Part shown: positions 19,712-28,285 of the stretch, piece by piece
How positions within the stretch are numbered: position 1 is the first letter of the stretch
How the letters are laid out: each line of letters begins with the position of its first letter
Assembly (NCBI GenBank): GCA_037129835.1
Contig: JBAXUE010000002.1
Location: forward strand, 66,334-130,333
DNA from: a bacterium
Lineage (GTDB): Bacteria; Patescibacteriota; CPR2; UBA1875; CAIMLA01
Direction of reading: 5' to 3'
Length of the DNA: 64,000 bases
Translations under genes and position numbers: made by a program
The notes under the pieces: model-generated
The model's input: only the letters and a program-made list of their open reading frames with translations
The model's database searches: none
What the model was told of the DNA's origin: nothing

Positions 19712-19740
19712 ATTATACAACATAATGAGTGTTCTGTAAA
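19712..19740 (-). promoter_or_regulatory. Near-consensus sigma-70-type promoter TTTACA-N17-TATAAT
   Basis: On the - strand: TTTACAgaacactcattatgttgTATAAT, positioned about 45 nt upstream of the 105-aa gene start. Confidence 0.5.
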
Positions 19741-19758
19741 GATAAACATATACTCCCC

Positions 19759-19863
19759 AGTCATCCATGGCCCGCTTTCGTCATCCTTGCGAACGCGAGG
19801 GTCTCTTTTGGCAACGTCATCCTGAGTCGAAACGAAGCTTGCCTGCGGTAAGCAGGGATCCAT
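19759..19863. repeat. Cluster of three GTCATCC-family repeat units (second terminus of the inverted pair)
   Basis: AGTCATCCATGG, CGTCATCCTTGCGAACGCGAGGGTCTC and CGTCATCCTGAGTCGAAACGAAGCTTGCCTGCGGTAAGCAGGGATCC. The last unit is 45/48 identical to the inverted copy at 16.06 kb. Confidence 0.65.
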
Positions 19864-20230
19864 GTCCACTCTCCTTATCGTTCGAATTCTAATGAGAACT
19901 ACAGATACAGGTTATATGTAGTTTTCATAGGATCTACGTAATCCAACCATCAGTTCGAAAAGAAAGAGAGTAAAGTAACGAAGTTATAATAAATAACTTC
20001 CGGTATCGGCTTGTTGTTATTTATTATATTTGAGCTACTGCAACGAATGATACTTTAAAGAATCTGTTAGGTTGGGCTTTTTGCACCACTTTTATTAAAA
20101 AAGTGGCATATATTATAATATAACGTTTAAAAGATATTCGCTAAAGTCGTAATTGCTCGACCTCGAAGATAGTCGAGTACACGGTACCAAGGCGATTTTT
20201 CATTGGGATTAACGCTTAAATATACCGCCC

Positions 20231-20335
20231 CTTTGTCATCCCTGGTCGCACTTGTCCTCCAGTAGCTTGTTAGCGAAGTAGGAACCCCAGTCTGCCCGAG
20301 CCGTACGCTCGTGTCGGCCAGGGGGATCTCTCTAG
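20231..20335. repeat. Extended GTCATCC-family repeat (TGTCATCCCTGGTCGCAC…GGCCAGGGGGATCTC)
   Basis: Shares the GTCATCCCTGG…CCAGGG(G)GATCTC termini with the copies at 21.28 and 34.77 kb. GC-rich relative to the flanks. Confidence 0.45.
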
Positions 20336-20619
20336 TTCCCTTTTATAAATTCCAAAAGTTTCCTTTTAGTTTCCTCTGGGTCATTCGTATATATAAAGAT
20401 ATACTGTCTCGTCGTATTCCCACGGACGACGCATTTAAACCCACTATCGATGTCGAGAAGCTTGATGTTGCGTATTCCCCTGCCGATAACCTTGATTTCA
20501 CCGAGAGAAATCTTACTCACTTCTGGATATTTGGATGCAGCATCGACAAAATCCTCCGCAGCATCGATGATGGTGGTGTGACTGCCGGCATATTTGCTGC
20601 CAGAGCGGTGCGGACTCAT
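20332..20619 (-). CDS. Hypothetical 95-aa protein, translationally coupled (ATGA overlap) to upstream metallopeptidase-like gene
   Basis: ORF with 4-nt overlap to the preceding gene's stop. No confident family assignment. Confidence 0.4.
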   Translation of the reverse strand: MSPHRSGSKYAGSHTTIIDAAEDFVDAASKYPEVSKISLGEIKVIGRGIRNIKLLDIDSGFKCVVRGNTTRQYIFIYTNDPEETKRKLLEFIKGN

Positions 20620-21254
20620 TTCTTATTCTCTCTGGCCTTCTCCCACCGTATTTCTAGCTCTTGTTTTACTTCAGTCTCGAAATCCAAAATTGATATGCCG
20701 TATACTTTATTAAAATCCTTTGCAAAGCCCTTTTCTGTCATATCTGGGCCCATATATTTGATCATTTCTAGTAGCTTATCTTTACCGTAGTCTCGGACTA
20801 ACTTGTTTACCATCAGGATTCCCCAGCGATATGTTTGCTGATCACAGCTAGAATAATGCTTTGCACAGACATTTTCGTCAGTTTCTACTGGGAGATATGT
20901 TTTCTGTCCCGCCATGTGTTCGGCTAGTCCCTCGACAAACCAAATAGGCTCCCCGTTGTATCTTCCGACGATATGATCAAAGTACCAGTGGCTCATCTCG
21001 TGGTGGACTACTTTCCAAAAATCCCCCTTTTTATGCGGGGTGATGTCTTCCAAAACACTTTCGTCGATAAAGGCCAGTCCCCTGCTATGCGTAGTCGCCC
21101 TGACCCAGTCCTCTGTTTTCCTACCTGTGAATTCGTCCATCTCAGCCCTAGTAAATAGAAACTTTATCGGCGGATCAGGGACTTTATCAGCATCGGTGAG
21201 CTCGAAGAACTCTCGACACAGTTTTTGTATTTCTTTTATCTTCTTTGTATTCAT
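20616..21254 (-). CDS. Peptidase_MA_2-like putative zinc metallopeptidase (HExxH…EG gluzincin motif), cytoplasmic
   Basis: HHEMSHW followed 17 aa later by WFVEGLAEHMAGQ. Clear paralog of the gene at 56359-56931, which has HELVH…WLIEGVCGYVAGQ. Confidence 0.55.
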   Translation of the reverse strand: MNTKKIKEIQKLCREFFELTDADKVPDPPIKFLFTRAEMDEFTGRKTEDWVRATTHSRGLAFIDESVLEDITPHKKGDFWKVVHHEMSHWYFDHIVGRYNGEPIWFVEGLAEHMAGQKTYLPVETDENVCAKHYSSCDQQTYRWGILMVNKLVRDYGKDKLLEMIKYMGPDMTEKGFAKDFNKVYGISILDFETEVKQELEIRWEKARENKK

Positions 21255-21280
21255 AATTACTTTTCCTCTCCTGTGTCATC

Positions 21281-21311
21281 CCTGGCCACAAACCAGGGAT
21301 CTCCTGCTTAT
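21281..21311. repeat. GTCATCC-family hairpin repeat TGTCATCCCTGGCCACAAACCAGGGATCTCC
   Basis: Near-identical to the reverse complement of 34762-34792 (TGTCATCCCTGGTCACAAACCCAGGGATCTC). Confidence 0.55.
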
Positions 21312-21369
21312 TGTTCGAAGATCGGCAGTAGCCGAAGCGAGAACTAAAAAATAGCCTCTTGGTACTAGT

Positions 21370-22356
21370 TTATACCTCGCTAATTACGTCAAAGCCCTTG
21401 AAACTACCAGTTATGGCAAGGCCAATTATTTTGCCGTTTGTTAGGTGTTTTTCTCGCATTTTTCCAGCGATTTCATTAATAGTTGCGCCAGAACCGACGG
21501 CATCATCTATTATCAAGATATTTTTGTATTTACTGTTATCTTCTACCACGAATGTTTTTCTAGCATTTTCTATACGGTCCTCAAGTTTATTGAGAGTTTT
21601 CTGGGGTACTATCACTTGAGTTTTTATCTTTACGATACCTATCGTTCGAATGTGCAGATTTAGCTCTTTCTCCAGCTCTTTCATAAACTGAAGTTCACGT
21701 TTCACGGTAGGCTGAACAAAAGCCACCCCGTCTACATTCTTGTCATGTATCAGCTTCATAATCTGCGGTTTGATACTATCCACCAGATCATCGATGAGCT
21801 CCCTATTTTGGCTTTGTTTAGAATATAGTAGTAGTTGACCCAGGCGAGTTTTACCAAATCTTTCGATACTATAAAAATCGAGATAATATAGGTTGTCTAC
21901 ATTCACTTGTTCGAAACTAGTTCGAAGCTTGTCTATGCCAGATATCAAACCATTTTTTGTGTATTTCAGATACTTTTCGAGTGTTTTGATATACTCCACA
22001 GCTGTTTTTGTGATGTCTAGATGGTTTTTCTGAGTCCAGTATGCGAAACCCTCCCATCCAGTTTTCATTTCGCCAGCAGGCGTAATAATGAGGTAGTTTT
22101 TGTCTATAGTATTGATTATTTTTCTATCAACATTAAGACCGTCTAGGGTTTTGCCAGCCTCACCAGACTCACTTAGTGAATAATACACCTTGGGAGGCGT
22201 GCCACTCTTTACTAGGGCACCATTTTCTATCAGATTCTTGAGCTGTTTGTGAATAGCCTGTTCTGATATATCAAACTCAACAACCAATTCCTTGGGAGTT
22301 GCTTGTTTGTGTTCTGAGATGTATCTGATTATATTTTTTGAGGTATCTGTTTTCAT
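21370..22356 (-). CDS. Winged-helix DNA-binding domain fused to phosphoribosyltransferase (PRTase) domain; PurR-like architecture
   Basis: N-terminal wHTH (ELVVEFDISEQAIHKQLKNLIENG). C-terminal PRPP-binding loop ILIIDDAVGSGATINEIAGKM. Confidence 0.5.
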   Translation of the reverse strand: MKTDTSKNIIRYISEHKQATPKELVVEFDISEQAIHKQLKNLIENGALVKSGTPPKVYYSLSESGEAGKTLDGLNVDRKIINTIDKNYLIITPAGEMKTGWEGFAYWTQKNHLDITKTAVEYIKTLEKYLKYTKNGLISGIDKLRTSFEQVNVDNLYYLDFYSIERFGKTRLGQLLLYSKQSQNRELIDDLVDSIKPQIMKLIHDKNVDGVAFVQPTVKRELQFMKELEKELNLHIRTIGIVKIKTQVIVPQKTLNKLEDRIENARKTFVVEDNSKYKNILIIDDAVGSGATINEIAGKMREKHLTNGKIIGLAITGSFKGFDVISEV

Positions 22357-22431
22357 AGTAAGATTATATATGGTTTATGGTTTAGTGTCAACTATAAACT
22401 ATAAACTATTAATCAAATAATATTTCTGGTC

Positions 22432-22617
22432 TTATCGTATTACCCCTTCTCTTTTCTCGGCTTCTTCAAGGATTTCGTTGATTCCTCCATCAGATACGAG
22501 GAATTTGAAGGGCTGTATCAGCCTCTCGCCTTTTTTGGTGATGACTGTAGCAGTTTCATTCTTCATATTTACCTTTACTACTGTGACTTGGTTCTCAAAA
22601 TAATCAAATACTGTCAT
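22432..22617 (-). CDS. Hypothetical 61-aa protein, 8 nt downstream of DUF2130 gene
   Basis: Short ORF tightly coupled to the upstream gene. No motif. Confidence 0.3.
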   Translation of the reverse strand: MTVFDYFENQVTVVKVNMKNETATVITKKGERLIQPFKFLVSDGGINEILEEAEKREGVIR

Positions 22618-22625
22618 AATGCCCC

Positions 22626-24428
22626 TTACTTCTTATCGAGTATTTTTACATTTTTTTTAGCATAGTCAGCAGAGAGCATTTTGATCCCCGTATCTTTAAA
22701 AGAAACTCGAATTTCATCATCAGATATTCCCTCTACTTCGCCTATTCCGAAATCAGGATGACTGATAAGATCCCCAACTTCCAAGAAAGTTTCCGACTCT
22801 TCATCGATGTGTTCTACCACAGGTTCTTCGTCTGACCTATCTTCTACTCCTTTAGTATTTCCACTAAATATCGCTCGAAGTATTTTTTCTTCTGACGACT
22901 GAATAGCTTTTTCCTCTTCTACAGAAACAACTGTTTTTTCTACTTCTGTAACAGGTTTCTGGAAGTCATCTCCACCAGGAAGCTCTAGTGCCTTTATCTC
23001 AGGTAGGGCTATGTGACCACCAATATCACCATACATTCCTACAGTATTTGTGAGTACTCTGCTAAGCTGCTTTTCTCTCTCACACCATATCTTTTCGAAA
23101 GCGTTTCGCTCTTTGCGTATACCACTTTCCATAGCTCCAAAAGCCTCTACTATGGCCTCTACCCTTTGTTTAAACTCATTGCCCGTAAGGTATGTATATA
23201 GGTAGTCCATCTTGTCGTTCTTGTTGACTGCCAAGGCCTTCTCTCTATAGACATCCACCAGGCCTTTTCTCAGCACTGTAGCGAGTGCAATAGCATATTT
23301 TAACTCACATACCCAAATCTTTTCTATTTGTACGAATCCATGAGCATCTCCAGGCATAGCTGCTGTTACTATCACTCCGATATCTGCCTTTATAGCCCTC
23401 ATATCTTCTTTTAACTTATCTACCCAACCTGCACTCCAAGACTTGGTTTGCTTGGATTCCCAAGCTATTTTGCCACACAGAGCACCGGCTTTGTTTTGTA
23501 CTAGCTGTACCACATCAGCACCGTTTACACCCTTTGGTACTGGCGCGATAGCGTCAAAAGGAAAAGCGTCGGTTAGCACTTGTTCTAGCTCGAGCTCCTG
23601 AACTTCGCCTTGGGTTTGCATGGAGCCTTGCTCCAGCTTCCTAGCTAGATCGTCCTTTGCCCTGCTGACATTCGATAGCTTCATCTCTAGCTCAGCAATC
23701 TTTTTGTGCTGTTGCTCTTCGGCCTTTCTACCCGCTTCTTCTTGAATCTTCTGACGCTCCTCGTCTAGCTGTCTCATCTTCTCTAGCTCAAAGCTCTGCT
23801 TGTCTTCCTCTAGGGTAATCTTTTGCTTTCGAAGTTCCAGCTCTTTTTCCTGAGCTTTACGGAGCTTCTCGTCCTTTTCATTCATTTGCTCTTGGAAACT
23901 ACGTTTCTCTAGCTCCAGCTCTTTTTGAGTTTCGTCGGCTAGCTCTTTTTTGAGCTCTAGGCGATAGGCCTCAGTCTTCTCGGCGTATTTCTTCTCGACT
24001 TCGAGCTCTATCTTGATTTTTTCCTCTTCTAGCCTAGTCTTTTCTTTTCTGAGCTCTATTTCACTCTCTTGAGCTTTTTCGAGCTTTTCATTTTTTTCCA
24101 AAATTAACTGCTCAAAATTATGTTTTTCTAGCTCTAGCTCTTTTTTTGCCTCTATTGATAATTCTTTTTTGAGTTCTAGCCGATAATTTTCTATCTTTTC
24201 GGCATACTTTATCTCAGCCTCTAGTTCTATCTTGGTTTTCTCTTTTTCTATCTCAGATTCTCTGGTGGCCAGAAGCCTATTAGTCTGCTCTAGCTCATCT
24301 TTTAGCTTTTGCTGTTCACTACTTAGCTCTTTGCGAACCTTTAGTTCCATCTGCTCTTTTAGGATGTCGTCGATGTCTATATCCCAACCGCATTTTGGGC
24401 ACTTAATGTTTTGTTCTGAATCTGTCAT
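22626..24428 (-). CDS. DUF2130-like protein: N-terminal Zn-ribbon, long duplicated coiled coil, conserved C-terminal alpha/beta domain
   Basis: A CPKC…C start, then about 250 aa of E/K/L heptad-rich sequence containing two ~73-aa near-identical blocks. The C-terminal region (AIAPVPKGVNGADVVQ…IWVCELKYAIALA) resembles DUF2130. Confidence 0.5.
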   Translation of the reverse strand: MTDSEQNIKCPKCGWDIDIDDILKEQMELKVRKELSSEQQKLKDELEQTNRLLATRESEIEKEKTKIELEAEIKYAEKIENYRLELKKELSIEAKKELELEKHNFEQLILEKNEKLEKAQESEIELRKEKTRLEEEKIKIELEVEKKYAEKTEAYRLELKKELADETQKELELEKRSFQEQMNEKDEKLRKAQEKELELRKQKITLEEDKQSFELEKMRQLDEERQKIQEEAGRKAEEQQHKKIAELEMKLSNVSRAKDDLARKLEQGSMQTQGEVQELELEQVLTDAFPFDAIAPVPKGVNGADVVQLVQNKAGALCGKIAWESKQTKSWSAGWVDKLKEDMRAIKADIGVIVTAAMPGDAHGFVQIEKIWVCELKYAIALATVLRKGLVDVYREKALAVNKNDKMDYLYTYLTGNEFKQRVEAIVEAFGAMESGIRKERNAFEKIWCEREKQLSRVLTNTVGMYGDIGGHIALPEIKALELPGGDDFQKPVTEVEKTVVSVEEEKAIQSSEEKILRAIFSGNTKGVEDRSDEEPVVEHIDEESETFLEVGDLISHPDFGIGEVEGISDDEIRVSFKDTGIKMLSADYAKKNVKILDKK

Positions 24429-24514
24429 CTTATCTCCTTATTCTTTTTAGCATTTATTAATAGCTCCTGCATTATACACCCCAATAATGCCAAAAGTGCC
24501 CATTTACGAAAAAA

Positions 24515-24757
24515 TTAATCAAAAAGTATAAAAGGATTCATCTCCGCCGGTGTTTTCCAGCGTATTTTATACTTCTTCCTAAGTATTTCTTTTTTCTTAT
24601 GCCAAAAGGTATGGCAATATCCCAAATCACCTTCTTTGATTGGCGAATCTTTCAACGCATCCGTGACTTCATTATTGATTTTTGCGAAAATATCACGATA
24701 CCTCGGGTCTCGCTCTATTGGATCGTTAGCTATGTCGTCATCGTACATATTAATCAT
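24515..24757 (-). CDS. Hypothetical 80-aa protein
   Basis: ORF only. Basic C-terminus. Confidence 0.3.
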   Translation of the reverse strand: MINMYDDDIANDPIERDPRYRDIFAKINNEVTDALKDSPIKEGDLGYCHTFWHKKKEILRKKYKIRWKTPAEMNPFILFD

Positions 24758-24768
24758 CTTTGTTCTTC

Positions 24769-25110
24769 TTATTCCGGAGCTTGAATTGGCTTCGCTTCTC
24801 GTCTTTTCTTTATGTAGCTAACTAGGTTAATTATATCTACAACGAATGACCCAAGCAAAATCACTACGAAAAAGAATAGACCAAGTGCATAAGAGATGGC
24901 ATCACCCCAGGCCTGGTTTGGTAATGTGCGTATATAGGTTCCGAATAGAAAAAATCCGACGGCTACTACGACGCTAGTTATCTTTAGACCTATTGATAGA
25001 TCTCCGAGTTTTTTCCCGGTCTTGATATAGATAATGATCGAAGGTGCGACCATAGCCGCGATAGCAAGCAAGAGTATGAATAGCCCAGTAATTAGACCCA
25101 TAAGCACCAC
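24769..25110 (-). CDS. Hypothetical small membrane protein (3 TM)
   Basis: Three hydrophobic helices and a basic C-terminus. Confidence 0.4.
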   Translation of the reverse strand: MVLMGLITGLFILLLAIAAMVAPSIIIYIKTGKKLGDLSIGLKITSVVVAVGFFLFGTYIRTLPNQAWGDAISYALGLFFFVVILLGSFVVDIINLVSYIKKRREAKPIQAPE

Positions 25111-25146
25111 CCTCCAGACGCGATACGTAACGATTTTGTTATGATA

Positions 25147-26121
25147 TTACTTTTGTACATGTTCCTCTCCTTTTGCATGAATTATATTTTCCATATTATC
25201 ATACAGATAAACAAAATATTTTTCTATTTCATTCATTTTATTTGGTAACATATTTTTTGTAAGAGCTGCCGATTCTGCAAAAAACTCTTCGAAATATTCT
25301 GCATATTCAAGAATAAAGTCGTCAGTGAACTCTCCCTTAATTATACATTCATCATAGAGTGGTTTGATCGCCTTTACTCTGGTCTTTAGATATGGGGTAA
25401 AGGGATTATCTATTAGATATCCCATCCCTGGTGGGTTGTAATACATATTGCCTTCGTCATCTTTGATAAAGAAGAACTGTCCGAATTCGGTATTTGCTAG
25501 TATTCCTCGTTCTAGTTGAGCGCCAGTCCCGTTTTCTGTAGCGTAAAGATTTTTAAAATAAAAATGTCCGATTTCATGTGCAAGTAGATATTCGAGTAGC
25601 GCCTCTTCTTTGTTATCTGCTTCTTTTACTACATCTGGCATCTCGTATGGATAGTCATAGGTATCAAATAGCTTTATATCGCCAAAGTGCTCGCTTTCTC
25701 TGTCGGAAATGGCATGTGCCCGTACCCTCAACCACTCATCACCCTCAGGTAGCTCGTTGTTTGCTTTGGCTTTTTCGTATTCTTCCCTGTTATAAAGCTT
25801 CTTTTCATTCTCTATTCCTGGGGTGTAGACATACATTATTACATTATCATAGATTATTTTTGATATACCGACTTTTTTAAAATCCTCTAATTCGTAATTT
25901 CTCGCGATGAACTCCAAGGCGCTCTCTCCTAGATTCTTGTTTTCTTCAAATCCTTCGAAACCGAGATATGCTCGAAAATCATCTAGCTTCTCCTTTGATA
26001 TTTCATCATGAGTTTCCGTATAGACACTACTAGTAGGCGCACTTTCTTTAAGTTTTGTTCTTTCCCACAGCTTACTAGCCTCACGCTCAGCAGGTCCTAT
26101 TGGTAATGGTATATGTTCCAC
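25147..26121 (-). CDS. Hypothetical cytoplasmic protein with HExxH (AHEIGHF) zinc-binding motif
   Basis: HEIGH motif in the middle of an acidic 324-aa protein. No other recognisable domain. Confidence 0.4.
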   Translation of the reverse strand: MEHIPLPIGPAEREASKLWERTKLKESAPTSSVYTETHDEISKEKLDDFRAYLGFEGFEENKNLGESALEFIARNYELEDFKKVGISKIIYDNVIMYVYTPGIENEKKLYNREEYEKAKANNELPEGDEWLRVRAHAISDRESEHFGDIKLFDTYDYPYEMPDVVKEADNKEEALLEYLLAHEIGHFYFKNLYATENGTGAQLERGILANTEFGQFFFIKDDEGNMYYNPPGMGYLIDNPFTPYLKTRVKAIKPLYDECIIKGEFTDDFILEYAEYFEEFFAESAALTKNMLPNKMNEIEKYFVYLYDNMENIIHAKGEEHVQK

Positions 26122-26140
26122 TATTATCCTTTCTTTGTAT

Positions 26141-26812
26141 TTATTTCTCTTTCGTCACCAAGAACGGAAAAACTCTGTTCATTTCATCGTTCCGAAGGAT
26201 AAATGCCGCCTCGAGGAAAGTATACAGTAAATCTTTTGTATTTTTCAGTACATCAGCACTACAAAAGACGACGAAATCAGCTTCGTTTATCTCTGAGGGC
26301 GATTGGATGTGGATCTTGTTTCTCAAGTTCTTGAGCTGTTTCAAATCATTTCGATAAAAGGCAAATGACAGCCCGAATGTCTGCTCCTGCGCAGACTTAT
26401 AGAGTAAGCTCTTAAAATCATGGATATCGTCATAGCTGGCACCTGTTTCTTTGTGCTGGATATACAGAATAGACTCTATTATTAGTGCCGATATCAGAAC
26501 AAATGTCTTCACATTCTGCCCATAGAGAGAGCTGGTGAGATATAGCTGCTTGGTGCATTCGTCTAGATAGTGAAGATATTGGAGATTATAGGCGATGTTA
26601 CTAAAAGCAGCATACTTTGGGTCATCATCAGAAAATTCGTAATCTATCAGCCGTGGGAATATAGTACTGCGATAGAAATCTATTGAGTTTGGCAGAAACT
26701 TGTTCGAACCCTCCTCTTTGGAACAAACCCGACACAAGATATTAGGCTTGTCTGGATTGTACAAGTCCTGCTTTACAAAGCCTGAATTGCTGTGTTGTTC
26801 TGTTTTAGTCAT
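26141..26812 (-). CDS. Hypothetical protein at the edge of defense island (N-terminal CxxC)
   Basis: 223-aa ORF with an N-terminal CRVC pair. Helical C-terminus. Confidence 0.4.
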   Translation of the reverse strand: MTKTEQHSNSGFVKQDLYNPDKPNILCRVCSKEEGSNKFLPNSIDFYRSTIFPRLIDYEFSDDDPKYAAFSNIAYNLQYLHYLDECTKQLYLTSSLYGQNVKTFVLISALIIESILYIQHKETGASYDDIHDFKSLLYKSAQEQTFGLSFAFYRNDLKQLKNLRNKIHIQSPSEINEADFVVFCSADVLKNTKDLLYTFLEAAFILRNDEMNRVFPFLVTKEK

Positions 26813-26873
26813 TTTTCCCTTTTATAAAAGAATACATTGTTCTATCTTACTTTGTAAAAAATTATTAACTAAA

Positions 26874-28229
26874 CTAGTCTCTGCCACCCCTTTGTCTATT
26901 ACAATATCGGTGGACTAATCTGGCGTTTGATAGCTTGGTTTCTCCACCTCGCCAGTAAAACTCAATATGATCAACCTCAGAATCGTCTAAAACACGTATT
27001 TTTTGACCACATATTTTACAGGTTGAATCAGTGTCAAAAAGTTGCTTTTTCTCGTCGTGTGAATAGTTTCTTGTCTGTGACTTGGAATAATCTACGATTT
27101 TCCTCAAAGATTCTAGCCATTTCTCAAATCTGTATTGCACATTTTCTGGCTTATCTGTTGATGACTTCAAGGAATCTTCAAATTTCTTGACAGCTGTCAT
27201 TAAGTGTAAAAGTTCTTCGCGAATAGAATCAAGGTGAGGGATAATTTCGTTTTTTTGATACATCGTGAAACCCCACATTACGATGTCAAATAAGCCTTTG
27301 TTTATTTTTGTATTTTCCCACTTTCCGTTTGAGTCAGATTCTTCGCCTACAACAAACCTACGAAAAGCATTGTCACCAAATACTGAGCGAGTTAGGTCAA
27401 CAGATTTTTTAAAAACCTCACGAAGTTCTTTTGCTTTTTCTTCATTTAGATTTTGGTTATTATGCATTTCTTGATTTAGAAACTGTCTCATGGGTGCTTT
27501 GTATTTTAAGTATGAGTTATTATAAAAAGCGAAAAATCGTAATAAAAGCTCTCTATCAATCATTCTTATGGACATAGCTGGTGATTTTAATAATGTTTGA
27601 TATTCTTTATTTTCGGCAAGCTCGATTAGTAAGTCGTTATATTTTCCACGGTAAATACAGTTTCTGAGTTCCTGGTCGTTCAGCTTCACTGCGCCAGTAT
27701 TTAGTCTTTCGAAAACCTCAAATCTAACATTGATATCAGAATCCTTTTTGATTCTGATAAATGGTATAAGATAAGAATCAACTTTTCGCTGTGTTATTTT
27801 GTCTAGTTCCTTAAATGATTTCCTGTTTAGTCCTGTCAAAACCTTTAATCCCGAAAGGGCAAATTTTTCGTGCTTGTCTTGAAAGTACCCGTCCTTAAAA
27901 GAAAAGATAGAAATTAGTCTTTGTTGCCCGTCTATTACTGATTGGGTACCGTCATCTTCTTCGGCAGTGTATATTACTGGTATCGGGACTCCCAAGAGAA
28001 TAGATTCTATCAGTCTACTAGCTTTGCTTTTATCCCAGACATATCCTCTTTGAAAGTATGGTCTTACATCAAGTTCCCCTGCCTTGTAATCAGAATATAA
28101 GTCTTTTATGGCTCTACTGGGGTTGTCAAAGGTAATTCTTCTTTCATCCTCAGGTATATCAAAAACCAGTGGTTCGTTGTCATTATTGTCTTCTTCAAGA
28201 ATAACGTCATTATTATCTATTACCGTCAT
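26874..28229 (-). CDS. GmrSD-like type IV restriction protein: DUF262 (ParB-like NTPase/nuclease) N-domain + HNH/DUF1524 C-domain
   Basis: VIDGQQRLISIF is the DUF262 hallmark. The C-terminus CKICGQ…DHIEFYWRGGETKLSNARLVHRYCN is an HNH motif. Confidence 0.8.
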   Translation of the reverse strand: MTVIDNNDVILEEDNNDNEPLVFDIPEDERRITFDNPSRAIKDLYSDYKAGELDVRPYFQRGYVWDKSKASRLIESILLGVPIPVIYTAEEDDGTQSVIDGQQRLISIFSFKDGYFQDKHEKFALSGLKVLTGLNRKSFKELDKITQRKVDSYLIPFIRIKKDSDINVRFEVFERLNTGAVKLNDQELRNCIYRGKYNDLLIELAENKEYQTLLKSPAMSIRMIDRELLLRFFAFYNNSYLKYKAPMRQFLNQEMHNNQNLNEEKAKELREVFKKSVDLTRSVFGDNAFRRFVVGEESDSNGKWENTKINKGLFDIVMWGFTMYQKNEIIPHLDSIREELLHLMTAVKKFEDSLKSSTDKPENVQYRFEKWLESLRKIVDYSKSQTRNYSHDEKKQLFDTDSTCKICGQKIRVLDDSEVDHIEFYWRGGETKLSNARLVHRYCNRQRGGRD

Positions 28230-28285
28230 AATTCTCCTTTACTTTGATCTATCGTTTTTGCTTATCAAGTTTTTTCATTGGTTCG

